IMG/VR virus record: IMGVR_UViG_3300020431_000033
Span: 1 to 25,901 of that record
Source of the DNA: a virus
Lineage: Duplodnaviria; Caudoviricetes
Length of the DNA stretch: 25,901 nucleotides
Reading direction: 5' to 3' (one strand)
The notes under the pieces were generated by a model. That model worked only from the letters and a program-made list of their open reading frames with translations, was not told the DNA's origin and ran no database searches. Of the stretch, positions 25,855-25,901 are shown in pieces; within the stretch, counting starts at the first letter, position 1; the number at the start of each line of letters is the position of its first letter. Made by a program: the position numbers and the translations under genes.

Positions 25855-25901
25855 ATGGCAAAGAAAAAATCAGAACATTACGTAAACAATAAAGAATTGC
25901 T
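25855..25901 (+). CDS. g55: Late transcription sigma factor gp55, N-terminus (3'-truncated)
   Basis: MAKKKSEHYVNNKEL: HYVNNKE is the characteristic gp55 N-terminal motif, at the expected position after uvsW plus one ORF. Confidence 0.85.
   Translation, partial: MAKKKSEHYVNNKEL

Noticed and set aside
1-25901. tRNA, rRNA, CRISPR array, IS elements, alternative genetic code
   Set aside because: Intergenic gaps are nearly all under about 115 nt with no cloverleaf or repeat-spacer pattern; TAA, TAG and TGA all terminate conserved genes at expected positions.

Overview
This is a contiguous, all plus-strand segment of a T4-like cyanomyovirus (Kyanoviridae-type) genome, covering the late virion-morphogenesis module. 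The order is: 3' part of a giant VrlC/DUF4815-like virion protein, small ORFs, fibre-like protein, g13, g14, g15, g16, a basic Cys-rich modular protein, g17, a small Zn-ribbon ORF, g18, g19, g20, two small head ORFs, g21, g22, g23, terminator, two small ORFs, g3, uvsY, a hypothetical, uvsW, a hypothetical and the start of g55. The gene order and the small inserted ORFs match marine Synechococcus/Prochlorococcus myophages (recognition from memory, no search run). Four signals stand out beyond the standard annotation. (1) A 57-aa ORF missing from the ORF track (5224-5397) resembles the phycobilisome-degradation adaptor NblA and sits inside the late structural operon. (2) There is a putative capsid-cargo system: a 434-aa basic, Cys-paired modular polyprotein punctuated by gp21-type Glu sites with an internal capsid-targeting-like motif, plus a small protein starting with a T4 CTS-like MKSFESFINE. 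(3) Late promoters (TAAATA) repeatedly overlap stop codons and sit within or next to hairpins that occlude the next start region (uvsW, g18, g22). (4) A GC-rich hairpin lies inside the 5' end of the portal gene, and a bidirectional sigma70 promoter lies upstream of g55. I saw no tRNA, rRNA, CRISPR array or intact mobile element.
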